NCBI GenBank assembly: GCA_002842515.1
Contig: PHDC01000002.1
Span: 190,744-254,743, forward strand
Direction: 5' to 3'
Length of the DNA: 64,000 nt
Origin: Bacteroidetes bacterium HGW-Bacteroidetes-5
Lineage (GTDB): Bacteria > Bacteroidota > Bacteroidia > Bacteroidales > UBA932
Shown: in pieces, positions 38,233 to 46,717 of the stretch
Numbering within the stretch: position 1 is the stretch's first letter
Layout of the letters: the number at the start of each line of letters is the position of its first letter
Made by a program: the position numbers and the translations under genes
Notes under the pieces: model-generated
Database searches by the model: none
The model's input: the letters and a program-made list of their open reading frames with translations, nothing else
What the model was told of the DNA's origin: nothing

Positions 38233-38748
38233 ATCTCAAAGCTCTGAGATGAAACTGCGCAGCAGACCGCAAACCTGCGCAGCAGAAAACACAACCGCGC
38301 AGCGGACCGCAAAACTGCGCAGCAGTAAACACAACCGCGCAGCGGACCGCAAACCTGCGCAGCAGTAAACACAACCGCGCAGCGGACCGCATTTTCATCT
38401 GCCAGTGTTTTGTGTAAGTTACTGTAGATTAATAGATTAATTTTTGTGTTTTTCTCAATTGCCAGAATCCCAATTTTTAAACACCTGTAAACCAGTCTGT
38501 TTCACATAACACTGCCAGTTGAATTTTCCGCTGTGTTGTCCACTTCGTGGTTATGTGGTCCGTTTCACGGCCTGTGTTGTCCACTTCGTGGTTATGTAAA
38601 AAAAGCGCAGCAGAAAAAAAAACTTTGCCAGTGTTTGATGTAAGGCATTGTTAATCTTGTAATTGCAAAAGGCAGTTTTCCAAATATGGAAAACTGGGAT
38701 TTACAATCTATTGACCTCCATTATATTTCATCAAACTCTGGCAAAGTT
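38233..38748. repeat. Composite repeat cluster: C-remnant + GCA hairpin array + B2 + GAA array + B1
   Basis: ATCTCA..TGAGAT 38233-38250; array 38255-38390; 38391-38528 near-identical to 26979-27116; array 38530-38597; B1 38621-38748. Confidence 0.85.
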
Positions 38749-38750
38749 TA

Positions 38751-38782
38751 TTTGGTTTATAAAATAAACTTATTTATATTTG
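38751..38782 (+). promoter_or_regulatory. Bacteroidota housekeeping promoter abutting the B1 element
   Basis: TTTG-N20-TATATTTG. Confidence 0.6.
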
Positions 38783-38911
38783 CATCGTGCAACAGATATT
38801 AAAAGCAGTGAGCATCTGCAAATAGTTCAGTTGCACTTTTTTAGGGCATTTTGGTTTATTTTATAAACTTATTTACAAATCAATACTAATCAAAATTGAA
38901 CAGAAAATAAT

Positions 38912-39090
38912 GAACAAAACCTGAAAAAAAAATGAAAAAATCCTGAACAAAACCTGAATAAATCCTGAATAAATCCTGAATAAATCCTGAATAAAACCTG
39001 TACAAAACCTGAAAAAAAAATGAAAAAATCCTGTACAAAACCTGAAAAAAAAATGAAAAAATCCTGAACAAAACCTGAATAAAAATTAAA
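38912..39090 (+). repeat. A-rich VNTR (AAA(A/T)CCTGAA-based 11-bp units with higher-order repeats)
   Basis: Repeated AAATCCTGAAT and AAAACCTGAAAAAAAAATGAAAAAATCCTG blocks. Confidence 0.85.
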
Positions 39091-39106
39091 CAAAAAAATC
39101 AAGATT

Positions 39107-39748
39107 ATGGAAGAGAAAAATTTATCAAAAAACGAAAGTCTGGAGCTGATTGCCCGGATGATTAAGGAGACTCGCAACAGTATGGAGCGGGGTGGCGGCA
39201 ACATTTATCTGCTTTGGGGGTATTTGTGGCTGGTTGTGGCTTTGACTATTTATGGGCTTTTGCTTTATACAGGCGATTATAGGGCTACTTGGTTGTGGTT
39301 TGCGATGCCGCTTGTTGGTTATCCTGTAATGTATTTTATGTTAAAGAACAGAAAAAGAAGAGCCACAACTTTTGTAGAGGCTGTGATTTCCAAGATTTGG
39401 ATTGTGATTGGAGTTTGTGCCCTGCTGCTATCGCTCTTTATGTTTGTGAACCACAACGCTTTCCCTATTATGTTTATTATGGCGCTTCTAATTAACGCCG
39501 GAGTGGCTATGAGCGGTTTGGTTATTAAATTTAAGCCAACTATTATAGCCGGGTTTGTGGGGATTCTTTTGAGTTTCTCTCTGCTGCTTATTCCGGGGAT
39601 TAATCAGATTTTGGTGTTTGCTGCCTTTTCTGTTATTATGCTCATCATTCCGGGTCATATTCTCAATGCGGCCAGCCGAAAAGCCATTGCGGCCGGCCTG
39701 GATGCTACAGAGAGTAGTTCAAAGAGTAATAAGGTGAGCAATGTTTAA
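39107..39748 (+). CDS. Multi-pass membrane protein
   Basis: About six hydrophobic segments; ESLELIARMI N-terminus; paired with a wHTH gene. Confidence 0.8.
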   Translation: MEEKNLSKNESLELIARMIKETRNSMERGGGNIYLLWGYLWLVVALTIYGLLLYTGDYRATWLWFAMPLVGYPVMYFMLKNRKRRATTFVEAVISKIWIVIGVCALLLSLFMFVNHNAFPIMFIMALLINAGVAMSGLVIKFKPTIIAGFVGILLSFSLLLIPGINQILVFAAFSVIMLIIPGHILNAASRKAIAAGLDATESSSKSNKVSNV

Positions 39749-40022
39749 AGAGTTGGACCCGCTGCTGCATTCGCAATTGCGGTTGGCAGTAATGTCTTTG
39801 CTCATTTCGCTTGAGGAGGCAGATTTTGTATATCTGCGGGAGAAGAGTGGTGCGACGGCCGGCAACCTGAGTGTTCAGCTTGAAAAGCTTGCACAGGCAC
39901 AATACATTGAGGTAGACAAGGGCTACTCCGGCAAACGCCCGCGCACAACCTGCCGCATAACTCCCGCCGGCCGCGCCGCATTTGAGGTTTATGTAGATGC
40001 TTTGCGCAGTTACACGGAGTGA
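39741..40022 (+). CDS. Winged-helix transcriptional regulator (MarR/ArsR-like, HTH_34 type)
   Basis: LHSQLRLAVMSLL..TAGNLSVQLEKL..YIEVDK..RTTCRITPAGRAAFEVYV. Confidence 0.85.
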   Translation: MFKELDPLLHSQLRLAVMSLLISLEEADFVYLREKSGATAGNLSVQLEKLAQAQYIEVDKGYSGKRPRTTCRITPAGRAAFEVYVDALRSYTE

Positions 40023-40065
40023 TCGAAGCTTATGTAGATGCTTTGCGCAGTTACACGGAATAGTC

Positions 40066-40126
40066 TGCCAAGGGTTGTGGGACTTTGCTGATAATCAGCA
40101 AAGTCCCACAACCCTTGGCAAGGTTA
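40066..40126. repeat. Full palindromic family-A element (27-bp perfect arms, 1-nt centre) between convergent genes
   Basis: TGCCAAGGGTTGTGGGACTTTGCTGAT-A-ATCAGCAAAGTCCCACAACCCTTGGCA; overlaps the stop at 40124. Confidence 0.9.
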
Positions 40127-42286
40127 CAGGGCAAAACGCCAGATTAGTTTTGCAAGGATGGTTGTGCGTGTGAGTTTTAGGGTGTTGTTTGCTGTGTCAA
40201 TATTTTGATTCACGACAAAGTAGAAGAAACTGCCTATTTTTGGAATCCAGTTTATCCGATAGTTTAGAATTACCTCATCGTCTTCATTGTTCCACTGAGC
40301 AAAGAGCGATGAGTTTAGTTTTGGGTTCAATGCGTAATTTACTCTTCCTCCAAATTCATTTACCTTGAAATCTCCCTGCGGCAAATCCAGAGTGTTGTGA
40401 CTCCAGTCTAAACCTAAGCTTAGGTGTCTGTTCAGGCTCAGGTTAAGGTACATCTCAATGTTAGATCTTTTTCCGGTATAGAAGCTTCCTGCTTCAAATT
40501 CTACCCCTGCATTGAGGTTTCTGCCGTCAAACGAGTGAAACTCTGCACTGAAATTGTTGTCGTTGTATTGGCCTTTTGGAATAACTACGCCATCTATAAG
40601 AGGGAAATCTTCGTGAGGGTTATCCTGAGTAAACTCATAATTAAGTCCAAAATAGTCTCCGCTGCTGAAATTGATCCCGAATGGTCTTACATCCAGTGAG
40701 AAAGTCTCGGCAAGACCTGTTTTATCATTAATAAAATACTCAAGATCATATAATTGAAATGAAAATGAGCGTATATAGCTTGGCATCTTCTTAAACCTTG
40801 GTTCAAATTCAAGCTCTGAGTAGATTCGCTTAAAATTGGAACGGTTAACAAACCCCAGAGTCGGATTAAAATTCTCTTGAATGGAATTAATTCCGGCATT
40901 AAAACTCCAGATATCGTTGGGGTAAAACAGGAAAAAATGATAAGTTGCGTTATCCTTGTTCTTTGCAGATTCCTGCCCCGGATTATCTAAAGTGATTGCT
41001 CCGGAAAAGCCGGCCATTAAGTTTTTGTCCCCCAGAAACTTTGATGTTTTGTATGTGAAGTCTGTTCCATATGTGGCGCTGTATTTGCCGTTACTGAATT
41101 TTTGAGTCGATATAAATCCAATCCCGGACTCTTCGAATATGTCCTGTTTAATCCTGATAATGGATGAGTTAGAACTACTTATACCCTTAAGAGCAGCCGT
41201 CTGTAGATTCATTATCCCAATACTGGTCTTTCCAATCTTGCCAAAAAGCCTCCCTCCCCCAATTATCGGAATTACAGACTCCTCCTCGATACCGATTCTT
41301 CGGCTATAAAAAAGCCGTGCAGATGAAACACTCATATCAAAGTAGCTGCTCCCCTCCAGAAAGAACTGTCTCTTCTCCGGGTAGTAGATAGAGAACCTGG
41401 AGAGGTTAACCTCTCTGCGGTCAGATTCAACCTGAGCAAAGTCGGTGTTGAGGGTAAAGTTGAGCTTCATCGTGGGGCTGATATCGTAGTTGACCTCCCC
41501 TCCTATTTTGAAGGCAGAATTTGTAAATCCATATTGTCTCTCTATTCCGGTGGTTATGTATGGGGTGATCTCAACTCTATCCTTCTGCTTAATATCTCTA
41601 ATACCCTCCAGTTTGCCACTTTGAGAAATATTGTCAATGCTGTAACTGCGAGACCATCCCTGCCAGCGAACCTGCTCATTCTTTCTGCGAATATTTCTCT
41701 CAAAGTTAACCGACCACTTTTGAATGCTATCCCTCTTAAACTTTAGGGTAGAGAATGGAATTGCAAACTCTGCATACCAACCATTTTGGTCACGAGTAAC
41801 CCTAACATCCCACACTCCGTTCCAGTCTTTATTGAATCTGCCGCCATCTCCTCCAAGCCACACATCTGCCATCGCCCCGTTTGGATTAGTTATAAAGAGA
41901 TATCCGTTTCGATTATCGTTAAAGGGGGATATCATAATCTCGATATCGTCGTCGCCCGACCAGTTAAAATCTCTGGACATCTCCTTTGCAGATATCCTGC
42001 CTGGCTCAGAGTCAAAACACCACACTCCAAAATAGATGTTGTGTGTATCATAAAGGACAGCCACTTTTGTCTGCTCTGTAGGTTGCCCCCCCTCCGATGG
42101 CTCACGTTGAGTAAAATTGGTTATTGGAAAAGCACTTTGCCACACTCTCTTTTTCAAATCTCCGTCTATGTGAATTGGTTCAGCCACTCTTGCGGCCTTA
42201 AGTGTATCGGGAATTGAAGTTTGAGATTTTAATGAATTAAAATAAAACAGCACAAATGCAAATATTACAAGATTTCGAATAACCAT
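40124..42286 (-). CDS. Outer-membrane protein with CBM9-like N-terminus and DUF5916-like barrel
   Basis: IHIDGDL..W..FTQREP..TKVAVLYD; NTDFAQVESD, PEKRQFFLEG; C-terminal aromatic. Confidence 0.8.
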   Translation of the reverse strand: MVIRNLVIFAFVLFYFNSLKSQTSIPDTLKAARVAEPIHIDGDLKKRVWQSAFPITNFTQREPSEGGQPTEQTKVAVLYDTHNIYFGVWCFDSEPGRISAKEMSRDFNWSGDDDIEIMISPFNDNRNGYLFITNPNGAMADVWLGGDGGRFNKDWNGVWDVRVTRDQNGWYAEFAIPFSTLKFKRDSIQKWSVNFERNIRRKNEQVRWQGWSRSYSIDNISQSGKLEGIRDIKQKDRVEITPYITTGIERQYGFTNSAFKIGGEVNYDISPTMKLNFTLNTDFAQVESDRREVNLSRFSIYYPEKRQFFLEGSSYFDMSVSSARLFYSRRIGIEEESVIPIIGGGRLFGKIGKTSIGIMNLQTAALKGISSSNSSIIRIKQDIFEESGIGFISTQKFSNGKYSATYGTDFTYKTSKFLGDKNLMAGFSGAITLDNPGQESAKNKDNATYHFFLFYPNDIWSFNAGINSIQENFNPTLGFVNRSNFKRIYSELEFEPRFKKMPSYIRSFSFQLYDLEYFINDKTGLAETFSLDVRPFGINFSSGDYFGLNYEFTQDNPHEDFPLIDGVVIPKGQYNDNNFSAEFHSFDGRNLNAGVEFEAGSFYTGKRSNIEMYLNLSLNRHLSLGLDWSHNTLDLPQGDFKVNEFGGRVNYALNPKLNSSLFAQWNNEDDEVILNYRINWIPKIGSFFYFVVNQNIDTANNTLKLTRTTILAKLIWRFAL

Positions 42287-42510
42287 ATTTCTGATTCAAT
42301 TATAAATATAGATTTACACAACTATACAAATATAGAAAGAAGAAACACAATACATTCGATTGAAATATTTGCAAATAAAAAATATTTTATCTAAATTTCG
42401 CTCGTTCTGTCTTGAAGAGTTTAAGTGTCAGTAAACTGTAGCAGGAGTTACTTTTCACCACACCACAACCAGTACCGGTTTTAGAGAGGCTTTATATAAA
42501 ATTTATATAT

Positions 42511-45480
42511 ATGAAAAAGCTTTTCATTAAACGGGGTTGCTTGGCAACTCTTGTTGTTTTGCTATTTGTTATTGTTACCGGGTGCATAAAAAATGAACCC
42601 GCAATTGAAGATCCTGTTTCTCCGGTTGGAAAGATCCCAAGCGGGTTTAACTGGAAAACTGTAAAAGAGCTGGATTGCAATATCTCTGTGAGTTCTGTAA
42701 ATGGAATTTCGGATAATGCACTTAGGGTTATCCGTATTTACAACAACTCTGCTCTTGGCAACCCTTCGCTTATCTGCACTGGAGGTGCAAAACCGGGATC
42801 TCCCTTTATCATAAAATTATCTTTAGGTATTTCAATACCGTCTCTTTTCATTGAGGAGTTATTACCTAACGGTGTAATTAATCTGCATAAAGTAGATATA
42901 ACCGGGTCTTCATTAAATATAACCCTCACAACTGTTTCCGGCACATCCGGCGCAGCAAACACAAAATCTGCCTCGAACAGCCAATTATCTGTTATCATAA
43001 AATCTAATTCGATTGCGCTTAATGCAGATCCTATTGATAATGACGGAGATGGAGTTATGTCAGGTGTTGATGTAGACGATAATGACCCAACTGTAGCTTT
43101 TTACTGGGCATTTCCTTCGTTAGAGAGAATGGGCTCCTTAGCTTTTGAAGATATGTGGCCGGTTACGGGAGATTACGATGTGAATGATTTGGTTCTGGAT
43201 TTTAGGCTTATAGGATATATGAACAGTTCAAATTTGGTTACAAAGTTTAAGTTGGATTATGTTTTAAAAGCAGCAGGATGCACTTACGATTTGGCGGCTG
43301 CATTTCAGATGGATAGATTAAATGCCTCAGATGTACAATCTGTTTCAGGACAAAACATCTCCGGAACATCTCCATTCTCGGTTAACGCCAATGGAACTGA
43401 ATCCGGAGTTAACCTTGCCGTGATTCCTCTGTTTAATAATCAAAGAGACATAGTCACCTACAGCCACTTTTTTAACACAATGAACGGAACCTTTGTTACT
43501 CCGCCAAGATTAAGTGTAGATGTTAGATTAAATACTCCTATTTCTCCGTCCTATATCTCTTTTTACGATTTTAACTTCTTTATCGTTCCCAACTTCAAAA
43601 GAGGATGTGAAATACATCTGCCTACATACAAAGGAACCTCCAAATTTGACGCTTCTTTGGCAAATGGATATAATTTAGACCCTAATGACTGTTTTAAAAA
43701 CAGCGACGGGATGATGTGGGGAATATTATTTTGGGAAATTTTTAACTACCCATCCGAAAGAAGCAAAATTACAAGTGCATACACAAATTTTTCTGCCTGG
43801 GCTATGTCCGGCGGTACCACCAACGGTTGGTGGTTTAGGGCATCTCCGGAAAATGTAAACCCGGACTACCTATACCATCCCGGTTATGTTCCAATCGTGA
43901 ATAGCAATACTATAGTTTTCAACCCAAACAAGAGTTATGGATTGGTTACAGATATCGAGGGGAATGAGTACAAAACAATTATGATAAACTCACGGGAGTT
44001 TATGGCTCAAAATTTAAGGACTAAAAAATATAGCAATGGCGATTATATAGGCACCACAACTCCCCCTAATCTGGATATCAGTACATTAATATCACCTAAA
44101 TTCCAGTGGGCCTATAACGGAGATGAGAGCTACGCTCCGGATTACGGGCGGCTATATACACCGGCAGCGGTGACTGATAGCAGGGGTCTCTGTCCAAAGG
44201 GGTGGAGAGTTCCAACCACCGGTGAATGGATAGAGTGTATCTATAACTATTTGGGAGAAAATTTTACAGGCGGAGATCTATGGAACTGCCTGAAGGAGGT
44301 TGGCACAACTCACTGGAGAACAACTACCTCCCAAGTTACCAATGAGACCGGCTTTACAGTACTCCCGGCCGGGTACAGATACTCTACCTACTTTGAAGCA
44401 CTGGGTTATTATTTTGAATTGTGGCTTCTTTCACTTAACAATGGCACTTTGAAGGCAACTATCACCGGTTCGATCGGCAGTTATCCGGCTGATGGTTATG
44501 GCTTTTCAGTTAGATGTATTAAAGGGGAGCCACTCAATCTAACAGGCTTGACTACAAGGGAGGTGGGGAATATAACTCCATCCTACTTCGAGAGTGGAGG
44601 AGAGTATAGCCAATCTTTTAATGATGTTACGGAGTTTGGAGTGTGTTGGGGTAAAACCATTAATCCTACCATTGCAAATAATGTTCTCAGTTCGTTAAGA
44701 GGAATGGCATATCGTTCTTTTGACGGTAGTTTTACTGCTGCACTAAGAAATGACTACTCCAACCCAAATGAGATGGTAACTCCGGGCAGTAAATACTATG
44801 TAAGAGCTTTTGTAAAAACATCAGGTGGAACTACATACGGCAATAATGTCACTTTTACCGCACACAACGGGCAGAAACAATTTAACCCAAGCCTTACATA
44901 CGGTACTGTTAAAGATATTGATAATAACGAGTACAAAACTATTCCTATCGGTAGTCAAATATGGATGGCAGAGAATCTGCAAACTACAAAGTATAGTAAT
45001 GGAGATCTTATTGGTACTACCACCACTCTTACCCAACCTCTGGTCTATACAGATGTCAATAAATATCAGTGGACATACTTTAACAGCTCTTTGTATGCCG
45101 GTATATACGGCAGAGTTTACACCTGGGACGCTGCTTCGGATGCCCGAGGTATCTGCCCGACAGGTTGGCACCTCCCTTCAATTGCAGATTGGGAGCAGTT
45201 ATTCACACATCTTGGCCTAAATGCATACTATAAACTGAGCGAGTCAAGTAATAATATCTGGATTTTAAACAATGCCGGAAACAACAGCAGTGGATTTACT
45301 GCCATACCAAATGGACTCAGAGCTCCGGAGGGTTATTTCTTTATGTTAGATAGGGCCTACTGGTGGAGCTCCAACTCATCTTCACCGAGTGTTGCCACAT
45401 ACTACAATATTAGCCCTTGGTCAAGAAGTGGCGAATTTTCAAAGAGTTACGCAACTGCTGTTAGATGTGTTAAGGATTAA
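42511..45480 (+). CDS. LruC/DUF4842-type lipoprotein fused to two FISUMP-like domains
   Basis: Lipobox TGC; LAFEDMWPVTGDYDVNDLV; two DI(E/D)xNxYKT..WMAxNL..CPxGW..VRCxK units. Confidence 0.75.
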   Translation: MKKLFIKRGCLATLVVLLFVIVTGCIKNEPAIEDPVSPVGKIPSGFNWKTVKELDCNISVSSVNGISDNALRVIRIYNNSALGNPSLICTGGAKPGSPFIIKLSLGISIPSLFIEELLPNGVINLHKVDITGSSLNITLTTVSGTSGAANTKSASNSQLSVIIKSNSIALNADPIDNDGDGVMSGVDVDDNDPTVAFYWAFPSLERMGSLAFEDMWPVTGDYDVNDLVLDFRLIGYMNSSNLVTKFKLDYVLKAAGCTYDLAAAFQMDRLNASDVQSVSGQNISGTSPFSVNANGTESGVNLAVIPLFNNQRDIVTYSHFFNTMNGTFVTPPRLSVDVRLNTPISPSYISFYDFNFFIVPNFKRGCEIHLPTYKGTSKFDASLANGYNLDPNDCFKNSDGMMWGILFWEIFNYPSERSKITSAYTNFSAWAMSGGTTNGWWFRASPENVNPDYLYHPGYVPIVNSNTIVFNPNKSYGLVTDIEGNEYKTIMINSREFMAQNLRTKKYSNGDYIGTTTPPNLDISTLISPKFQWAYNGDESYAPDYGRLYTPAAVTDSRGLCPKGWRVPTTGEWIECIYNYLGENFTGGDLWNCLKEVGTTHWRTTTSQVTNETGFTVLPAGYRYSTYFEALGYYFELWLLSLNNGTLKATITGSIGSYPADGYGFSVRCIKGEPLNLTGLTTREVGNITPSYFESGGEYSQSFNDVTEFGVCWGKTINPTIANNVLSSLRGMAYRSFDGSFTAALRNDYSNPNEMVTPGSKYYVRAFVKTSGGTTYGNNVTFTAHNGQKQFNPSLTYGTVKDIDNNEYKTIPIGSQIWMAENLQTTKYSNGDLIGTTTTLTQPLVYTDVNKYQWTYFNSSLYAGIYGRVYTWDAASDARGICPTGWHLPSIADWEQLFTHLGLNAYYKLSESSNNIWILNNAGNNSSGFTAIPNGLRAPEGYFFMLDRAYWWSSNSSSPSVATYYNISPWSRSGEFSKSYATAVRCVKD

Positions 45481-45517
45481 AAAGTTACCTTAAATAGATT
45501 AAAAAGTTACCTTAAAT
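45475..45517. repeat. 21-bp duplication spanning two convergent stop codons
   Basis: GATTAAAAAGTTACCTTAAAT at 45475 and 45497. Confidence 0.85.
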
Positions 45518-46695
45518 GTAACTCCACCGGTGGTGTAAATCATATTCTTGGTTGCTAATCCGGAGACAGGAATTTTCATAAACGGCTCAATGCTAAGGTT
45601 TAACTTTGGCGTGAGCCTCTGTTCAACTCCAAATACAAGATTAACCCGGCCTCCAATGTCAAAAGCACTGGATGGTGATCCTGAGCTGGTTGTTACCCTC
45701 TCTACAGTCTCCAACCTATAGGTACTAATATACTCATCTCCGTCAAATGAGGTGTTCTCACGAAGTAGTTGAGTTCTGGTTGTGGTTGTGTAATTTTCGC
45801 TCAGGTATGCCAGTGCACTTAGACCGGCTCCCACATAGTAACTTGTTTTTTTATAAGAGGTTATCTTCCAGGTTATGTTTATGGGGATATCCAGGTTGGT
45901 TAGGGAGGCTATAGTTTGATAGGACGGCACGGCAGCATTCCTTGGAGAGCTTCGTTCGTCTACATTTGAGTGTTCGAGAGAAACTCCGGTGGAAATCTGT
46001 AGTTTTTTAGAAAGTGGGATCTCTACATTTACTCCACCGGAGTAGTTAAAGGCAGATGCGTCTGCGGTGGTGTTAAACCCCGGAGCCACATTTACCCCGA
46101 TTCTCACCCTTCGCTCCGACCCTAGTTTTGAGTCTTTTCGTGAGGTTTTGGGGGAAGATTCGGTTGTTGATAGTGAATTGAGCTGAGTTAATGGTTGGTT
46201 ATTGTATTGGTTAGTTGGTTGTTTCTGAGTTTGGGGTTGAGATTCAGTCACGGCTGCTGCCTTGACCTCTACTGCCTCTTTTTTCTCTGTATTCTGAGCA
46301 ATAATGTTGGTTGAACTTACTGCTGTTTTGGTTGAACTGCCGGCAGAGGCGGGGGAAACCTTAGCTTGCCCCATTACTGAAATCGAACTTGGTTGTGATT
46401 CCGCCACAACAGTTACCTGCCCGGGCACTTCGTTCACAATTTGCTGTGGAGTTTCAATCACTTTAACCGGCTCTTTTTGAGCTGTAAGCCCTTCCGGTAA
46501 TGGTTGGTTAAGGGTTCCGATAATAATCAGCCCCAACAGGATTGCAGCGGCAACTCCGGAAGCAGAGAGCCTGTATATGAGAGCTTTTCGCTTTCTCTTA
46601 GATGTAAAAGTCTCCCAAGCCCCCTCAATGTAACTCTCCTCGTGGCCGTTTAGAGCCTCTTTAATCACTTCCCCTATCTCTTTTTCCTTACTCAT
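45499..46695 (-). CDS. Outer-membrane beta-barrel protein with N-terminal putative anti-sigma segment
   Basis: Short cytoplasmic N-terminus, one TM helix, low-complexity linker, beta-strand C-half ending in F; follows an ECF sigma. Confidence 0.65.
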   Translation of the reverse strand: MSKEKEIGEVIKEALNGHEESYIEGAWETFTSKRKRKALIYRLSASGVAAAILLGLIIIGTLNQPLPEGLTAQKEPVKVIETPQQIVNEVPGQVTVVAESQPSSISVMGQAKVSPASAGSSTKTAVSSTNIIAQNTEKKEAVEVKAAAVTESQPQTQKQPTNQYNNQPLTQLNSLSTTESSPKTSRKDSKLGSERRVRIGVNVAPGFNTTADASAFNYSGGVNVEIPLSKKLQISTGVSLEHSNVDERSSPRNAAVPSYQTIASLTNLDIPINITWKITSYKKTSYYVGAGLSALAYLSENYTTTTRTQLLRENTSFDGDEYISTYRLETVERVTTSSGSPSSAFDIGGRVNLVFGVEQRLTPKLNLSIEPFMKIPVSGLATKNMIYTTGGVTFKVTF

Positions 46696-46717
46696 ATTGC
46701 TTAAAAGCTTTTTTATA

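Noticed and set aside
26897-38597. CRISPR array in the 20/40-bp periodic repeats
   Set aside because: Units are contiguous with no unique spacers, and there are no cas genes.
38787-38842. Possible sRNA or attenuator (GTGCAAC...GTTGCAC-T6) just after the promoter
   Set aside because: Only a 7-bp closing stem with a weakly paired interior; no recognisable riboswitch features.
9689-45480. Diversity-generating retroelement around the FISUMP-like C-termini
   Set aside because: No reverse transcriptase in the window, and the C-terminal nucleotide sequences (10440-10564, 12950-13071, 45350-45480) are not near-identical repeats differing at adenines.
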